NCBI RefSeq assembly: GCF_041146345.1
Contig: NW_027191402.1
Coordinates: 1,054,001-1,118,000, forward strand
Direction of reading: 5' to 3'
Origin: Neodothiora populina
Taxonomy: Eukaryota
DNA: 64,000 bases
Below are positions 47,366 through 58,568 of this stretch, one piece after another; position 1 is the stretch's first letter, and each line of letters opens with the position of its first letter. The notes under the pieces are model-generated. The model worked only from the letters and a program-made list of their open reading frames with translations. It ran no database searches and had not been told where the DNA came from. Made by a program: the position numbers and the translations under genes.

Positions 47366-49643
47366 GAGAATGGAAGTAATGAGGTTTATTCTATGCTGTT
47401 GGGGGGTTTTCCTTCTTCTCGTGAACGATGGTCATTTCTCTCCTTTATTTCCTTTTCCTTTCCTCCCTTCTGTACATACTTACCATTCACTTGTACATAT
47501 CCCTCTTCACTACTTTCTTTAGATCAATATCACGTCGACGCGACGCAGCAATTACATAATCCACTTCTTACTTAGATAAATAAAATGGTTAAACGTCAAT
47601 TGATGGTGAATCTTTCGCGCAAAAAGTACTTCAACCCCTGGAATGTGCACTCCGTCTACGACTTCCTTGCCATATTCATACCTCCCTACAATCTCACCAT
47701 GGCTTACTTCGCTAACAACATCATCACCATAATCATCGTAGTAGCAGCAGCAACGACGACGATGACGACGACGATGACGATGACGTCTAGAGTGGAGAAC
47801 GAAAGATACCCAGGGAAGAGACAAGAACAGATGCGGATGGACTCTGGCTTGTATCTCCGCCAAGTCTGATCCTATACAAGTCCACGAGATTGGAGGCAGT
47901 GAGCGTGTCTGTGTCCCGTCTGTCCTCTCTCTCTCTCTCTGCCTGTCAGGAAGCTCCAGCGCACGCTTCTCACATGTCGTGGTAGTGGGATGCCGCTGCT
48001 ACACGTCCGGTCTGCGCGGAGGAAATTCACCAAGATGACCACTATGTTGTCGTGTAGAGCTGTCTGGAGGCATTGTCGTTGGCGGCGAGGCTTTTGATAC
48101 GCGGTGCGAGTGACGCCTTCCTCCGCACTGATGAAATGTTGCTTCTGGACTGGGAAATTCTCACTGGTCTCTGGTCACAGTGCTGCACCGAACAATGCTA
48201 TCATGTGAGAGATGGGACTTCGATCTCTCCCCTACGATGTCGTCGTGAGAGCATGCTCTTGTTCCTGTTCGCAACTCACTTTAGATGACGCTTCCGAGGC
48301 TATTGGTCGGAGCCAAGATTAGACGCATAGGTAGGCTCTCATCCTCATCTCCGCCGTTTCGCGGTTATATATATATATATATGTAGGCTCGTGGAGATCT
48401 CCACAGGGTAATATACATCTATGAAAGTCTACGAGAGTGCAGGCAGTGGAATGCTTGTGCCCTGCCCCGTCGGCTCTCTCCTCTGCGCGGCATCCGAGGG
48501 GGTCCCGGTCCAAGATCACCACCATGTTGTCGTGGTGATCTTGCCAGTCCTCCAACATGGGCTGTCCATGTTTTGAAAAATGTCTCCCCGAGGATGGCAT
48601 TGTGACATGCCGTATCGAGTACGTAGTCTACTGACAAACCCCAGGGGTGGCCATGTACCTTCCTTCTCGAGTGAGATTTTTGTGTTGAGGAAGAGGGGTT
48701 GTCTTTCACTCACTGTCTTGACTTTGTGCGTAGCGTGGTTGATATGGAGGGAGTGATTCGGAAACTCGTCACTTAGCCTTGTGTCACGAATGATTCGTCA
48801 AAAGTCAAGTGTGTTTAGTAGAATCTGATGAATGAATGAATGAATCTTGCTGCGAAGCTTGTCAAAGGATATTAAGAATAGTATTCTCTGCATCCAATCT
48901 TGTTGGCGCAAATGTTATTGATACAATCGATGAATGAATAGCAGACGATAAAGAAACTTCCTTCCGTCTTCGTTTCTCTGCTCTTTCCTTTTCCGTGGTG
49001 CTTCACTTTCCGAAGACTTTCTCTCCAACGCTGACTTCACTCGCCTGCTCCTTTCATTTGTAATTAAAAAGCCTGACTGTGTGAACTAAACACAAGTCAA
49101 CAAATAAAGAGTGAAAATAAAGACAGACGCCAGACAAGTCTCGCATTGCTGCCCTGTTCGTAGACTTCATTTCGCTCGCTCTCTTCTTCTCGATTTGTTC
49201 ATTTTGAAACATGTGAGAAAGGAGTACCGGTCATTAACCCTGCTAACGCCGGACGTAACCAAGTGCATCATTCATTACACATGGTTCGAATCGAATACAG
49301 CCGCACCTTGCGACCCGAAACTCCAAGCGCCGGAGCAACTAATCTGTCTCTTCTGGGGCCTGCGAATCGAGATGCTTGTGAACATTTGCGTTGAAAAACG
49401 CGTGGCGATCCATCCGAACCCCGCGACTGCAACATCACTGCTCGCAATGTCAAGACTCGACGTGCAAAGACCGAATCGTTGAAAGGCTAAGCGGTCGAAC
49501 ATCGACCTCCCTGGTGTCGCAGCTGTGCCGTTGTACTGGTAGAACTGGACTGTGATTCAAATAGAGTAGCGCTCCGGCATGTTTTTGCGACCTGCGAAAG
49601 GCCGCCTTGGTTCTTGTTTCCATGACCATCTCTCTTTCGTCTC

Positions 49644-50921
49644 TCACTCGATCAAGGGCTTTCGATGACCACCGACGATGACCATGCCCAAACTCTTGAG
49701 GCCTTCGCGGTCACTGGCTTTGATGATTGTGGGAGCTGGCAGCATGGGGTTGTCCGGAGATATGTGGGCGGCGTCTTTGGCCGCTTGTTCTATGGCTTCC
49801 ATTTCTTCTTTGCATCCCTGATGGTCCCAAGGGCACACGACGATGGGTTGTCTTAGCAGAATATCTTTGGCGCTGGACATGGATGCCTGTTTCTTGTCAG
49901 TCTTCGATTGATCCAAGCGCCGACAGGAAAAGCGACACACCTTGACGAACAGATAGTACTCGATCTTGTAGAGAGTACCGGTTGTCGTGAAGCCACTGAC
50001 TCTCCACAGCGGCATGCCATTCCTCCCTCGTGGTAAGACGCCATCTGAGTCTCGGAGTTCTCGCGCCGGAAAGACGAGTCCTAGATTCGTGAAATAGCCC
50101 GCCTCTGGCATCTTGATCCCGACCTTTGTGTCTTGCCGCGTCAAGACCTTGACCTTGCGACTGGGCTCATCGCCCTCGTGGTTGTATATGATCTCTTCCT
50201 CTATTCCAATGCTCAGACTCTTGATGACGACCTTTTTCGCCTTGCTCATCCAGTCCGGGTTCGGGCTCAGCTTGATGTAGACACTGACAGGATCCAGGGG
50301 CCCATACGACCATCGCGGAAGGGAGATACCGAGGGTCACCAAATGGTCGGCCACGCGCTCTGCGGCTTCAGGCCGATTGTACATGCCAAAAGTGCTCAAG
50401 GTGTCGTATCGCAGGATAGGAACGGGGAAGAAATGTTTTTTCTGTTCGGCATGGTTGTGTTGAACGGTAACGACAATCTCGTAGAGGGTTTCGGCCGCTC
50501 CTCGTCCTATGGATATGCTCGCAGGCGGTACTCGTCGTGCCATCTCCTCGCCTCCTCTGCCGTACGGAATGAAAATGACGAACGGTAGGTCCATTGACAG
50601 GATCGCTTCTGACTCTCTTCCAGGAGGCGCACGAAAGAGCAGCATCTCTTTGCCAACAATGTCTGTGATTTCGCGACGTGACGACGACGACGTGGCAGGT
50701 CGGAAGTGGCCTCTTGTGAGAGTGTCGGCGGATGGATGTATTGACTCTCGTCGCTGCAGATGGATGGTGACAAGCGAAATGAAGACGGGCGCAGACACTC
50801 CTGAAGCCGGACGGATCTCGACTCGACCCTCTATGCGCGGACATGTCGCCGATATCCCTGGATACCCGACTAGAAAATTGCTGTTGGGCGGGCCAGACAC
50901 GCGCACAAAGGCCGAGGTCAT
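49644..50921 (-). CDS. Arrestin-like domain protein; in-frame intron 49887-49940
   Basis: MTSAFVRVSGPPN..FLVGYPGISAT.PRIEG.VEIR, MDLPFVIFIP, RYDTLSTFG and GFTTTGTLYKIEYYL, typical of the fungal arrestin-N-like family. Confidence 0.75.
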   Translation of the reverse strand: MTSAFVRVSGPPNSNFLVGYPGISATCPRIEGRVEIRPASGVSAPVFISLVTIHLQRRESIHPSADTLTRGHFRPATSSSSRREITDIVGKEMLLFRAPPGRESEAILSMDLPFVIFIPYGRGGEEMARRVPPASISIGRGAAETLYEIVVTVQHNHAEQKKHFFPVPILRYDTLSTFGMYNRPEAAERVADHLVTLGISLPRWSYGPLDPVSVYIKLSPNPDWMSKAKKVVIKSLSIGIEEEIIYNHEGDEPSRKVKVLTRQDTKVGIKMPEAGYFTNLGLVFPARELRDSDGVLPRGRNGMPLWRVSGFTTTGTLYKIEYYLFVKVCRFSCRRLDQSKTDKKQASMSSAKDILLRQPIVVCPWDHQGCKEEMEAIEQAAKDAAHISPDNPMLPAPTIIKASDREGLKSLGMVIVGGHRKPLIE

Positions 50922-51466
50922 GACGACGACGATGTCGACAGCGACAATGTTGATGCTGAAGGTCGACGGTCGCGGCGATGAGTTGATGTGTCTGTGGATA
51001 TAATGGCCCACATGGGCGGCGCTGTGGGTGGGAGATGTCCCAGTGAGGGTGCAAGAAGACGATTGTCAGTATTGGGCCAAATGCGACGCCTGACAGCTGG
51101 ATGTCGAGGCTGTGACGTCTTCGCGGGCACTGGCACTGATGTCCGGCGGGTTACGGTAAGACGAGGCAATGTATGTACTGAATATGCTAGGTCAGTCACA
51201 GTGCGCTTGTTGTCGATGCGTCGTTGCAATTGAGGTGGATCTGTCATGCGCAAGAGAGTGTTGACGACAGAGCTGTGTGTGTTGCTGCTGGACACATGCA
51301 GTATAGCGCGTCCGTTATATGACGGCAACAGAGTGTTGATTTGACCGACTGTTGATTGTGATTCGGGGTAGATAGATTGGCGCACACACGGACTATCAGG
51401 ACTCCCGAGGCAAGTCTGTCTGTTTTGAGATGTCGAACAGCTCAGAGTCAGCCAATATAATCGTCA

Positions 51467-51520
51467 GACGACGACGAAGACAACGAAGACAACGACGACG
51501 ACGACGACGACGACGACAAC
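51467..51520. repeat. Imperfect (ACG)n microsatellite upstream of the arrestin-like gene
   Basis: Run of ACG/GAC triplets with a few variants. Confidence 0.85.
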
Positions 51521-52312
51521 ACTCGAAAAGTCCGGCGGGGTTGTGTTTCGGAGGTACCGTGAAGAATACAAGAGTCATGATGGTCTCTTCCACTTCCAAG
51601 GCTAGCTAGCCAACATCACTGACCGGCCAACTTGTGGAACGCTGATCAAGCCAAGTTGTCAGCTAACAGGCATCATGGACCGGTGAAAGTCAGATTCTAG
51701 ACCAAAGTAAAGTACCTTTCTACGCAGCTTCACAGACGTCGAATACAGTGACGATGATGCCACGACCTGCTTACCCAGGTACCTTACTGTACATATCGAT
51801 TTACTGTCTCCTGTCCCGTGGTGGACTCTCCTGTACCTCGTCGAGCCGGTCCTCCCTAGTGCAGCCCTGCAAGGCGAGATCTTTGCTGCAACCGAAAACT
51901 CTCCCCTAAAACGTACAAAGCTCTGTCCAATCACAATGGTCCAAGTGTTTGTCTTTCTAGATGGTCAAGGTCTGTGCATTTGAGCTTCAGATCACTACCG
52001 CCTCTGGTCGTCGAGCTGGAGTGTCACGCAGCCGCATCGAGCAAGGCAACCAGGCAGCAGTCATTATCATGGTCCGCTATACCACACAGATTGAGAGTGA
52101 AGAGAAGGTGAATACTCTGTGATACTCGAGGAGGTTGTCGGCATGTCTGAAAAGACATTCAAAGGCCACTACGGCGCAAGCCACGATCTGCTGCTTAGTC
52201 AGCAGCTCAATTTCAAAACTATACCGAAATCGTCCATAATGCTATACAGACCAAAAGAACTTTTTTGTCGCTACATTTGACTTCGCCATTATCGCTGTGA
52301 TTTGAACAAAGC

Positions 52313-53796
52313 ATGGCTGATTTTGAGAGCAAGTCGGCGACCTTCCTGGACTGGTTCAAGTCCCAGCCAGGTTCCACCTTTGACTCGAGGATAAAAATCA
52401 CCGATTTGCGGTCTAAAGGCGAAGGCAGAGGCATCATTGCCACAGAAGACATACCTGCCGAAACCGAGCTCTTCAATATTCCACGTTCGAACGTCATCAG
52501 CATTGAAAACTCGCAATTGTCCAAGAAACTGCCAAACATCTTCTCGACTCTGAGTCTACTCCAGGAAGCTACTGGCAATGAAGAAAAGGATGACGGAGAA
52601 GAAGCTCCTGACTTGGTTGAAATGCCAGATCCATGGCTTGACCTTATTCTCGTCATGATCTATGAATTTCTCCAAGGCAGACTTTCCCCCTGGCAAGCTT
52701 ATCTTGATGTGTTACCGGATCAATTCGATACACTCATGTTCTGGACGCCCGAAGAGGTCAAGGAGCTTCAATCGAGCGCTGTGAAGGACCGCATCGGTAA
52801 AGAAAGCGCAGATGAGATGTTTCAGACCAAAGTGCTTCCTCTTGTTCGAGAACACAAGCATGTCTTTTGTCCTGAAGGTGTCGCACATTTAGATGATGCA
52901 GAACTCATGAAACTCGCCCATCGCATGGGCAGCATCATCATGGCTTATGCCTTCGATTTGGATCAAGAAGACGAGGATGAAGAAGAAGACGAAGACGGTT
53001 GGACTCAGGATAGGGACGCCATGAAGCAAATGGGAATGGTACCAATGGCTGACATGCTCAACGCTGACGCCGAGTTCAATGTAAGAAACGTGATGTGAAA
53101 AAAAAGACTTTGGACAGAAGCTGATCGCAAAAGGCACACCTCAATCACGAAGAAGATAAGCTCTCAATGACTTCTCTGCGAGAGATCAAGGCCGGAGAGG
53201 AGATACTGAATTATTATGGACCTCTGCCAAACTGCGACCTGCTACGAAGATATGGCTACACTTCTGCAAAGCACCGACGCTATGACGTTGTCGAACTGCC
53301 TTGGGATCTTGTCAAGAAAGCCATTGACGAACGCTTCGGTCGACAGGGAAGCCCCATTGACGACGAAGATCTCGAGGAAGGCTTCGTCCTCGAGCGTGAA
53401 TCAGGGGACCCGGACGAAACGGGAATCAACACGTGCCCCGCGGAGTTTGTCAGTTTCCCCGAAGAGCTCGAAGATCAGATCCAGCAGTTTATTCCAAAGA
53501 CCAATGTAAAGCTGGATAAAGCTCAAAAGAAGAAGCTCAAAAGAACATGTCTTGAGATAATAGCCAGCTCTCTTGCTGCTAGGTTGAAGCAATACGAGAC
53601 CACCATCGAACAGGATCAAGAGCTCTTGAGGGATCAAAAGACTTCAGGAAGACTGAGAATGGCCGTGGACGTGAGATTAGGGGAGAAGCGTCTCTTACAA
53701 GAAGCCCAGGTATTCGCGAACAATCTGATGGAAAAATATAGCGAGACGGTGGACGGAGCTGAAGCATCACATGCCAAAAAACAGAAGCGCAATTGA
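52313..53796 (+). CDS. RKM4: SET-domain ribosomal N-lysine methyltransferase (SETD6/Rkm4-like); intron 53081-53133
   Basis: GEGRGIIATEDI, IMAYAFDL, MVPMADMLNA, GEEILNYYGPLPNCDLLRRYGY and a C-terminal LSMT-like region (MAVDVRLGEKRLL). Confidence 0.88.
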
Positions 53797-54626
53797 AACT
53801 GGCGTTACCAACAGCATGGGTCGACACGATAGTAGCGCTTCCTGTGTCGGAAGCTGCATGAATGACAGATGAGCATATCTGGCATTTGCACTAGATCTTG
53901 TTGTTCTCTAGATGGCGAACGTTATACTGTAGATTCGCATCGGATGAAGATCCGACTGGCCCGCCTTTTTTGCTTCTTCCGTAGCATCACTAGCACAACT
54001 CAGGGAGGAACTCGAGTCTGCTCCGAGATCCGAACATCCCATGCGGTTGATATTGGAAGTCTAATTTTTAGACTTTGGTAAATCAGCATCCGGATGCACA
54101 TTCTCCATGCAAACAAGAGGGGGAGAGTGGGGGGTTGTTCTTCTGATTCGCGCGATTGTGGAAAAGGAAGCAGCACCGCAGTTAGTTTCCAAATATCGGG
54201 ATGACACGCAGAAGCGTGGGAAAGCCGGGACGGATGTCGCCGAAGCAGACCCGTATATCCACGAGACCGTTCTATCTTGGCACACGCGAACACGAACGGT
54301 CGAAATACCAACGCGCCTACATCCCGATTTAAGTAACACCTTACAGTTTGGTTGTTGGCGCAATAGGTGGAAAGAAATGTTCCAGATGCGCACCATCTAC
54401 CTTAGTGTCACTTACCGGTAACCGAGAACATCTCGCATCTTATCCAAAAGCCGACGGTGCAGCGCTTGGCGCTTCTAGGCTCTCTTGCCGATCCATTAGT
54501 CTCCGCCCCTCGGCGACAACTCCTTTTACTATCAAAAGGCTTTTGCGCATTCGCTTGCTGCTTTGTTCATGCGCAGATGGATGGTCCTGAAAAAAGGGCA
54601 TCTTCTCCTCTCGACAACGACGAAAA

Positions 54627-55536
54627 ATGTCCACGCGGAGGAAGAGCGCCTTTCAGAAAAGACAATTCACCTTTGTCAATCTAACAGATCCTGTACAAGC
54701 AGAACACGAGATCATCCGCAAGCAGGTACGCTCGGCTGCAGCATTCGAAGGATGGGCGGAGACCAGAAAATCCGAAACGGAAATCCCAGTCGTAGTCCGA
54801 AAGAAAAAGTCCAAGTCCAGAAAATTTGATAGTGTTGCAGAATCCGACAGTTCAACAAGTCCTCCGGAATGCTCTGAAACGAGACATGACTCGAAGTCTC
54901 ATGAGATTGTTTTGAACTTGAAGGTGCTTGGGTCTGGAAATTCGGATCCATTCCGCGCGTGTCCGGTCGAATCGCAGCCATGGTTTGGATGGGTGATGGA
55001 CTACCGTAAGTCGATGCTTAATCGCGAAATTCGAATGTCACGTTTGACAAGTGTTAGTTCGCACGACCATCGCGCCTAGAGGTCTCCGTGCGCTACATTT
55101 CTCGTCGAATTCTATCAAACAGCATCTCGAATTCACCGACAGCCTAATGATGGACGAGCCTGCAATGTTTTACATGTGTCTCTTTCGATCAGCCAGCATA
55201 CTCTTGTCTCAAGGTCTATTGTCTCCAGAAGCGACTATTTGGCTTCGTGGGCAGACGATAAAATCGATCAGGGATGCTCTATGTGATCCGCGCCGTGCAA
55301 CGAGCGACGCCATGATACTGACAGTAGCGTGCATCTCTGCGCATGAGTGTATATATGGCGACAAGGATGAGTCCATCAACATTCACGCGCGAGCATATCG
55401 ACACATGATAGAATTGGTGGGCGGTTTGGAAGATTGGCAAACAAGGACGATCATGAAACAAATGATCATTCGCTACGATAACACAGTTGCACATTTAACA
55501 GGCACCGAACGAGCTTACTCTGCTCTACAACAGTAA
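54627..55536 (+). CDS. Hypothetical fungal protein resembling the regulatory domain of fungal-specific transcription factors; intron 55006-55057
   Basis: FTFVN..IRKQV, GNSDPF, SDAMILTV and H..AY..MIELVGGL patterns; no Zn2Cys6 motif seen. Confidence 0.65.
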
Positions 55537-56536
55537 GTAGAGTTGTCTCAACGTCTCATTATAATGCTAATTCTTCGTAGCAAATACGATTTAGGACATT
55601 TAGACACGTGAAGACACTGTCTACTGCTTCACTGCGATGCTATCCATTGAATCACAGGCTGCACGCACTCTCTTGAAGCGAGTGGCGTGATACCGAGGGG
55701 GGGCCACTTTTAGCCAGCTGCTCGCTCCTCCAGCACGTGCAAATGAACATGACTATCCGACCACGGGAGACTTACCCCATCTACCCTAAACATCCCTGCT
55801 CCTTCCGGACGCGAATCCCGGGGGTGGAGTTTTCTGATAGGAGCAAGGAAGAAATGCGCTAGATAGATTATGCAAAGATCAGATACGACGTGATACGACC
55901 GAGGAAGTCCTGATCTATGAGGCCATGACATTACAGGCATCTTTTTCTCAATTCCTTTTAGCCTGTCAGCATCGGTCGCCCAAGTCGGGGAGATACAACT
56001 TGGCCCCAGCTCCTAATCATGGCCGGCCCAAGGATTCTTGTCCTATCGCTTGGTCGTCGCACATCGACTCAGCGGCTCTGGTTTGTCGCCCTGTCGCCGT
56101 CGAATGAGCATAATCCTAGAAGTGAAGGAGAAGGTCGGCCTTCTTTCTTCCGCCCGACCAGAGACGTTATGCTAGATCAAAAGAAACGACAGCTCTGCTG
56201 TAAGGTAGCAATGCCTCCATAATCAGCGCCCCTGCCCCAGTCTGCATTGCCAGTCGTGAAAGACTCGGCACCAGGCAGCACGGATCCTCCTTCCGCCCCT
56301 TTTGCCACTCCTATCACTGCTGGTGCCGACAGGGGAGAGAGCAGACAGGGCATAAATTCGATACTCCCTCCAATATCCTCGAAATTCAATAGATATACAT
56401 TACCTTATGCTGAGATTCATAGGCTTATATGGCTCCTTATATATGACCTGGAGTCTGACTGAAATCCACCTGCTTGCCTCGCCACTCTTCTATCTGACCA
56501 CGCGCCCACGAGCCAATAAATGTATATGACATCAGC

Positions 56537-56938
56537 TAATGAATGGTCAATGAGCTTAGAGTGAACAGGCAATGAGTCTCTAATGAATAGGCAATAATTT
56601 TCTAGTAGACGAGTGATGAGTTCTCAATGAACAGGCAATGAGTCTGAAAACGATAATCAATAAGTTTTCAATGAACAGGTAACGGAATATCAGCGAATAG
56701 CTAACACATTTCTAATGAACAGGCAACTAGGTCTCAACGAATGGCCGACGAATCTCTGATGAACAGGCAACAGAGTTTCGAAAAATAGTTGAAGGGTTGC
56801 TAATGTATAGGCAGGTAATGAGTTCTCAACGAATAATGAATGATTTTTGAGTGTAGTGCCAACGAAATAGTCAATACAATGAGTTTATGTATGACTTCCC
56901 GGTGAATGGTCAATGACTCAAAACGAGTTCCTTTGTAC
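56537..56938. repeat. Degenerate 11/22-bp tandem array, copy 2 (inverted relative to copy 1)
   Basis: About 17 units of roughly 22 nt. RRTGAACAGGYAA starts at 56560, 56626, 56670, 56714 and 56758 (spacing 66, 44, 44, 44). Confidence 0.88.
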
Positions 56939-57038
56939 GGTAGGACACATATAAATGGGAAGTCAAAAAAGATGCATATTGCTGGTGGGTATAAGGCTAT
57001 CTAGGAAAAAATGCATAATAGAAGAAGCAAGGATATGA

Positions 57039-58313
57039 CTAAGGTCTGGGTCCTTTCACAGTTTTGAGTAGACTCTGAGTCTTTTGTGTACGGCTCAGCC
57101 CAACTCGATGCACACCGCCACTGCCTGTACGTCTTGCGATCGGGTTCCGCGGTGGATTACTGCGTGCTGCTTCGGTAGTTGTTGGTTCCGTTGCTTGGTT
57201 GGGTTCGTCCTCTCCGGCAGGGGGGTAGCGCTCATTAAGCGCGTCGAGTATCGACTTCACATCATGTGGCTTCTCGACTTCTATCGTTTGAGGTTTCTCT
57301 GGCGGCGTTATGACGACTTGCACTTCGCCTCTCACCGTGCCATGTGTTAAAGAAGTATCTTCAGTAATATTCTCAGGCTCTGGTTGCCGGATCTTCTTGG
57401 GTCTCCCGCGTTTCCTGGGAGTCTTTTCTTTTCTTTCGAGCAGAGAAGAGGATTCATCACCTACGAGCACCGGAGGTGACAGAGCTTCGAATTCGGGTGT
57501 CTGCAAGATTGGGTTCTGGGGGAAAATTGATGATGTCATGTCCATCGAAGATGATTCTGCTCCTCCCATTGTTTTCGCACGCTCTGGTTTCCTCGTCGAG
57601 GCTTCGTCTGAGGATTGAGTATCGTCAAAGGCAAAAGACATTTGCTCGGAACGTGAGCGGCCTGGACAAGACTGCTTGGCCACTCTAGGAAGGCTGGCAG
57701 AATGACTGTCTGAGTTGAGGCCAAGCAAATAATCATCAGAAGTAAGTGGATCACTGCCGATATGCTTTGTAACGTTTTCTTCGTTGCCTGATGCACCTCC
57801 AAGTACAATGGAACATGCAGACCAAGGCGTCATATTGTTGCCTCCTGAAGAAGTCTCTCCATGTTGAGGTTGATGGATAAGTTGGGATGTGCTCAGTTCC
57901 GGAGTTGGGACTGTCGGTCCCGGTATAGTGCTTTCGCAGGTAGATTCAACGACAGGAGTAGTCTTGATCCTCTTTAGTTTCCCAGCAAGAGGCATCGAGA
58001 CGGCGCTGGTAGAGACGGCACTGGTAGAGACGACTCTTTTTTTCGTGATTCTGGAAGCAGAGGGTGTGTTCGAAACAACGATAGTGTCGTTTCCATATTG
58101 AGTAGGAGCCATGAGGTCCAAATCAGCTCGTTGGAGAAGTTCACTAGTTGAGTCGGTACCTGTACTTTGGAGTTGTTTTCCTTCTAGCTGTATGAAAGGC
58201 GTTTCCCCGCTGGCTTTTGAAGTCATCGCGCCTTGGTGACGTCTGGACTCCAAAACAAGATCTAATTCAGGTTCCTCTTGAGAATCGGGTATTTCTTTCA
58301 ATGAACCCGGCAT
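57039..58313 (-). CDS. Disordered AT-hook-containing hypothetical protein
   Basis: The first in-frame ATG gives MPGSLKEIPDSQEE. The protein is Ser/Thr/Pro/Glu-rich, has an AT-hook (PRKRGRPKK) and ends HRVGLSRTQKTQSLLK. Confidence 0.75.
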   Translation of the reverse strand: MPGSLKEIPDSQEEPELDLVLESRRHQGAMTSKASGETPFIQLEGKQLQSTGTDSTSELLQRADLDLMAPTQYGNDTIVVSNTPSASRITKKRVVSTSAVSTSAVSMPLAGKLKRIKTTPVVESTCESTIPGPTVPTPELSTSQLIHQPQHGETSSGGNNMTPWSACSIVLGGASGNEENVTKHIGSDPLTSDDYLLGLNSDSHSASLPRVAKQSCPGRSRSEQMSFAFDDTQSSDEASTRKPERAKTMGGAESSSMDMTSSIFPQNPILQTPEFEALSPPVLVGDESSSLLERKEKTPRKRGRPKKIRQPEPENITEDTSLTHGTVRGEVQVVITPPEKPQTIEVEKPHDVKSILDALNERYPPAGEDEPNQATEPTTTEAARSNPPRNPIARRTGSGGVHRVGLSRTQKTQSLLKTVKGPRP

Positions 58314-58568
58314 AGTTGGAAATTCGTCCACATTTTGTCTGACTCCCAGATTGTTCCTGATGAGCGGAAAAATGAGATCCTCATAACTGTATCTTCTCTA
58401 CTGTATTGTGTAGGGAGATCGCGACTGGGAGGACGCGTTTTGACTATCAAGGAAGTCGCGTTGGCACGTGCAGCTTTGCCAAGAAGTTTATTGACGGACG
58501 TCACAGCCATGTGATTCTGGATGCATGTGCTATAACATAACAACTAGACACACCGATGGCTTGACAAG

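Noticed and set aside
47585..47869. 94-aa ORF downstream of the GT2 gene
   Set aside because: It is kept open partly by an (ACG/ATG)n microsatellite and has no recognisable domain.
56537..56938. CRISPR-like repeat-spacer reading of the 44-bp phasing
   Set aside because: The intervening segments are themselves degenerate copies of the same 22-mer, there are no cas genes, and the context is eukaryotic.
57997..58034. 15-bp tandem repeat in the AT-hook gene, and the ATGGGC run in the YND1 tail (about 5858-5884)
   Set aside because: Ordinary in-frame slippage repeats in disordered protein regions.
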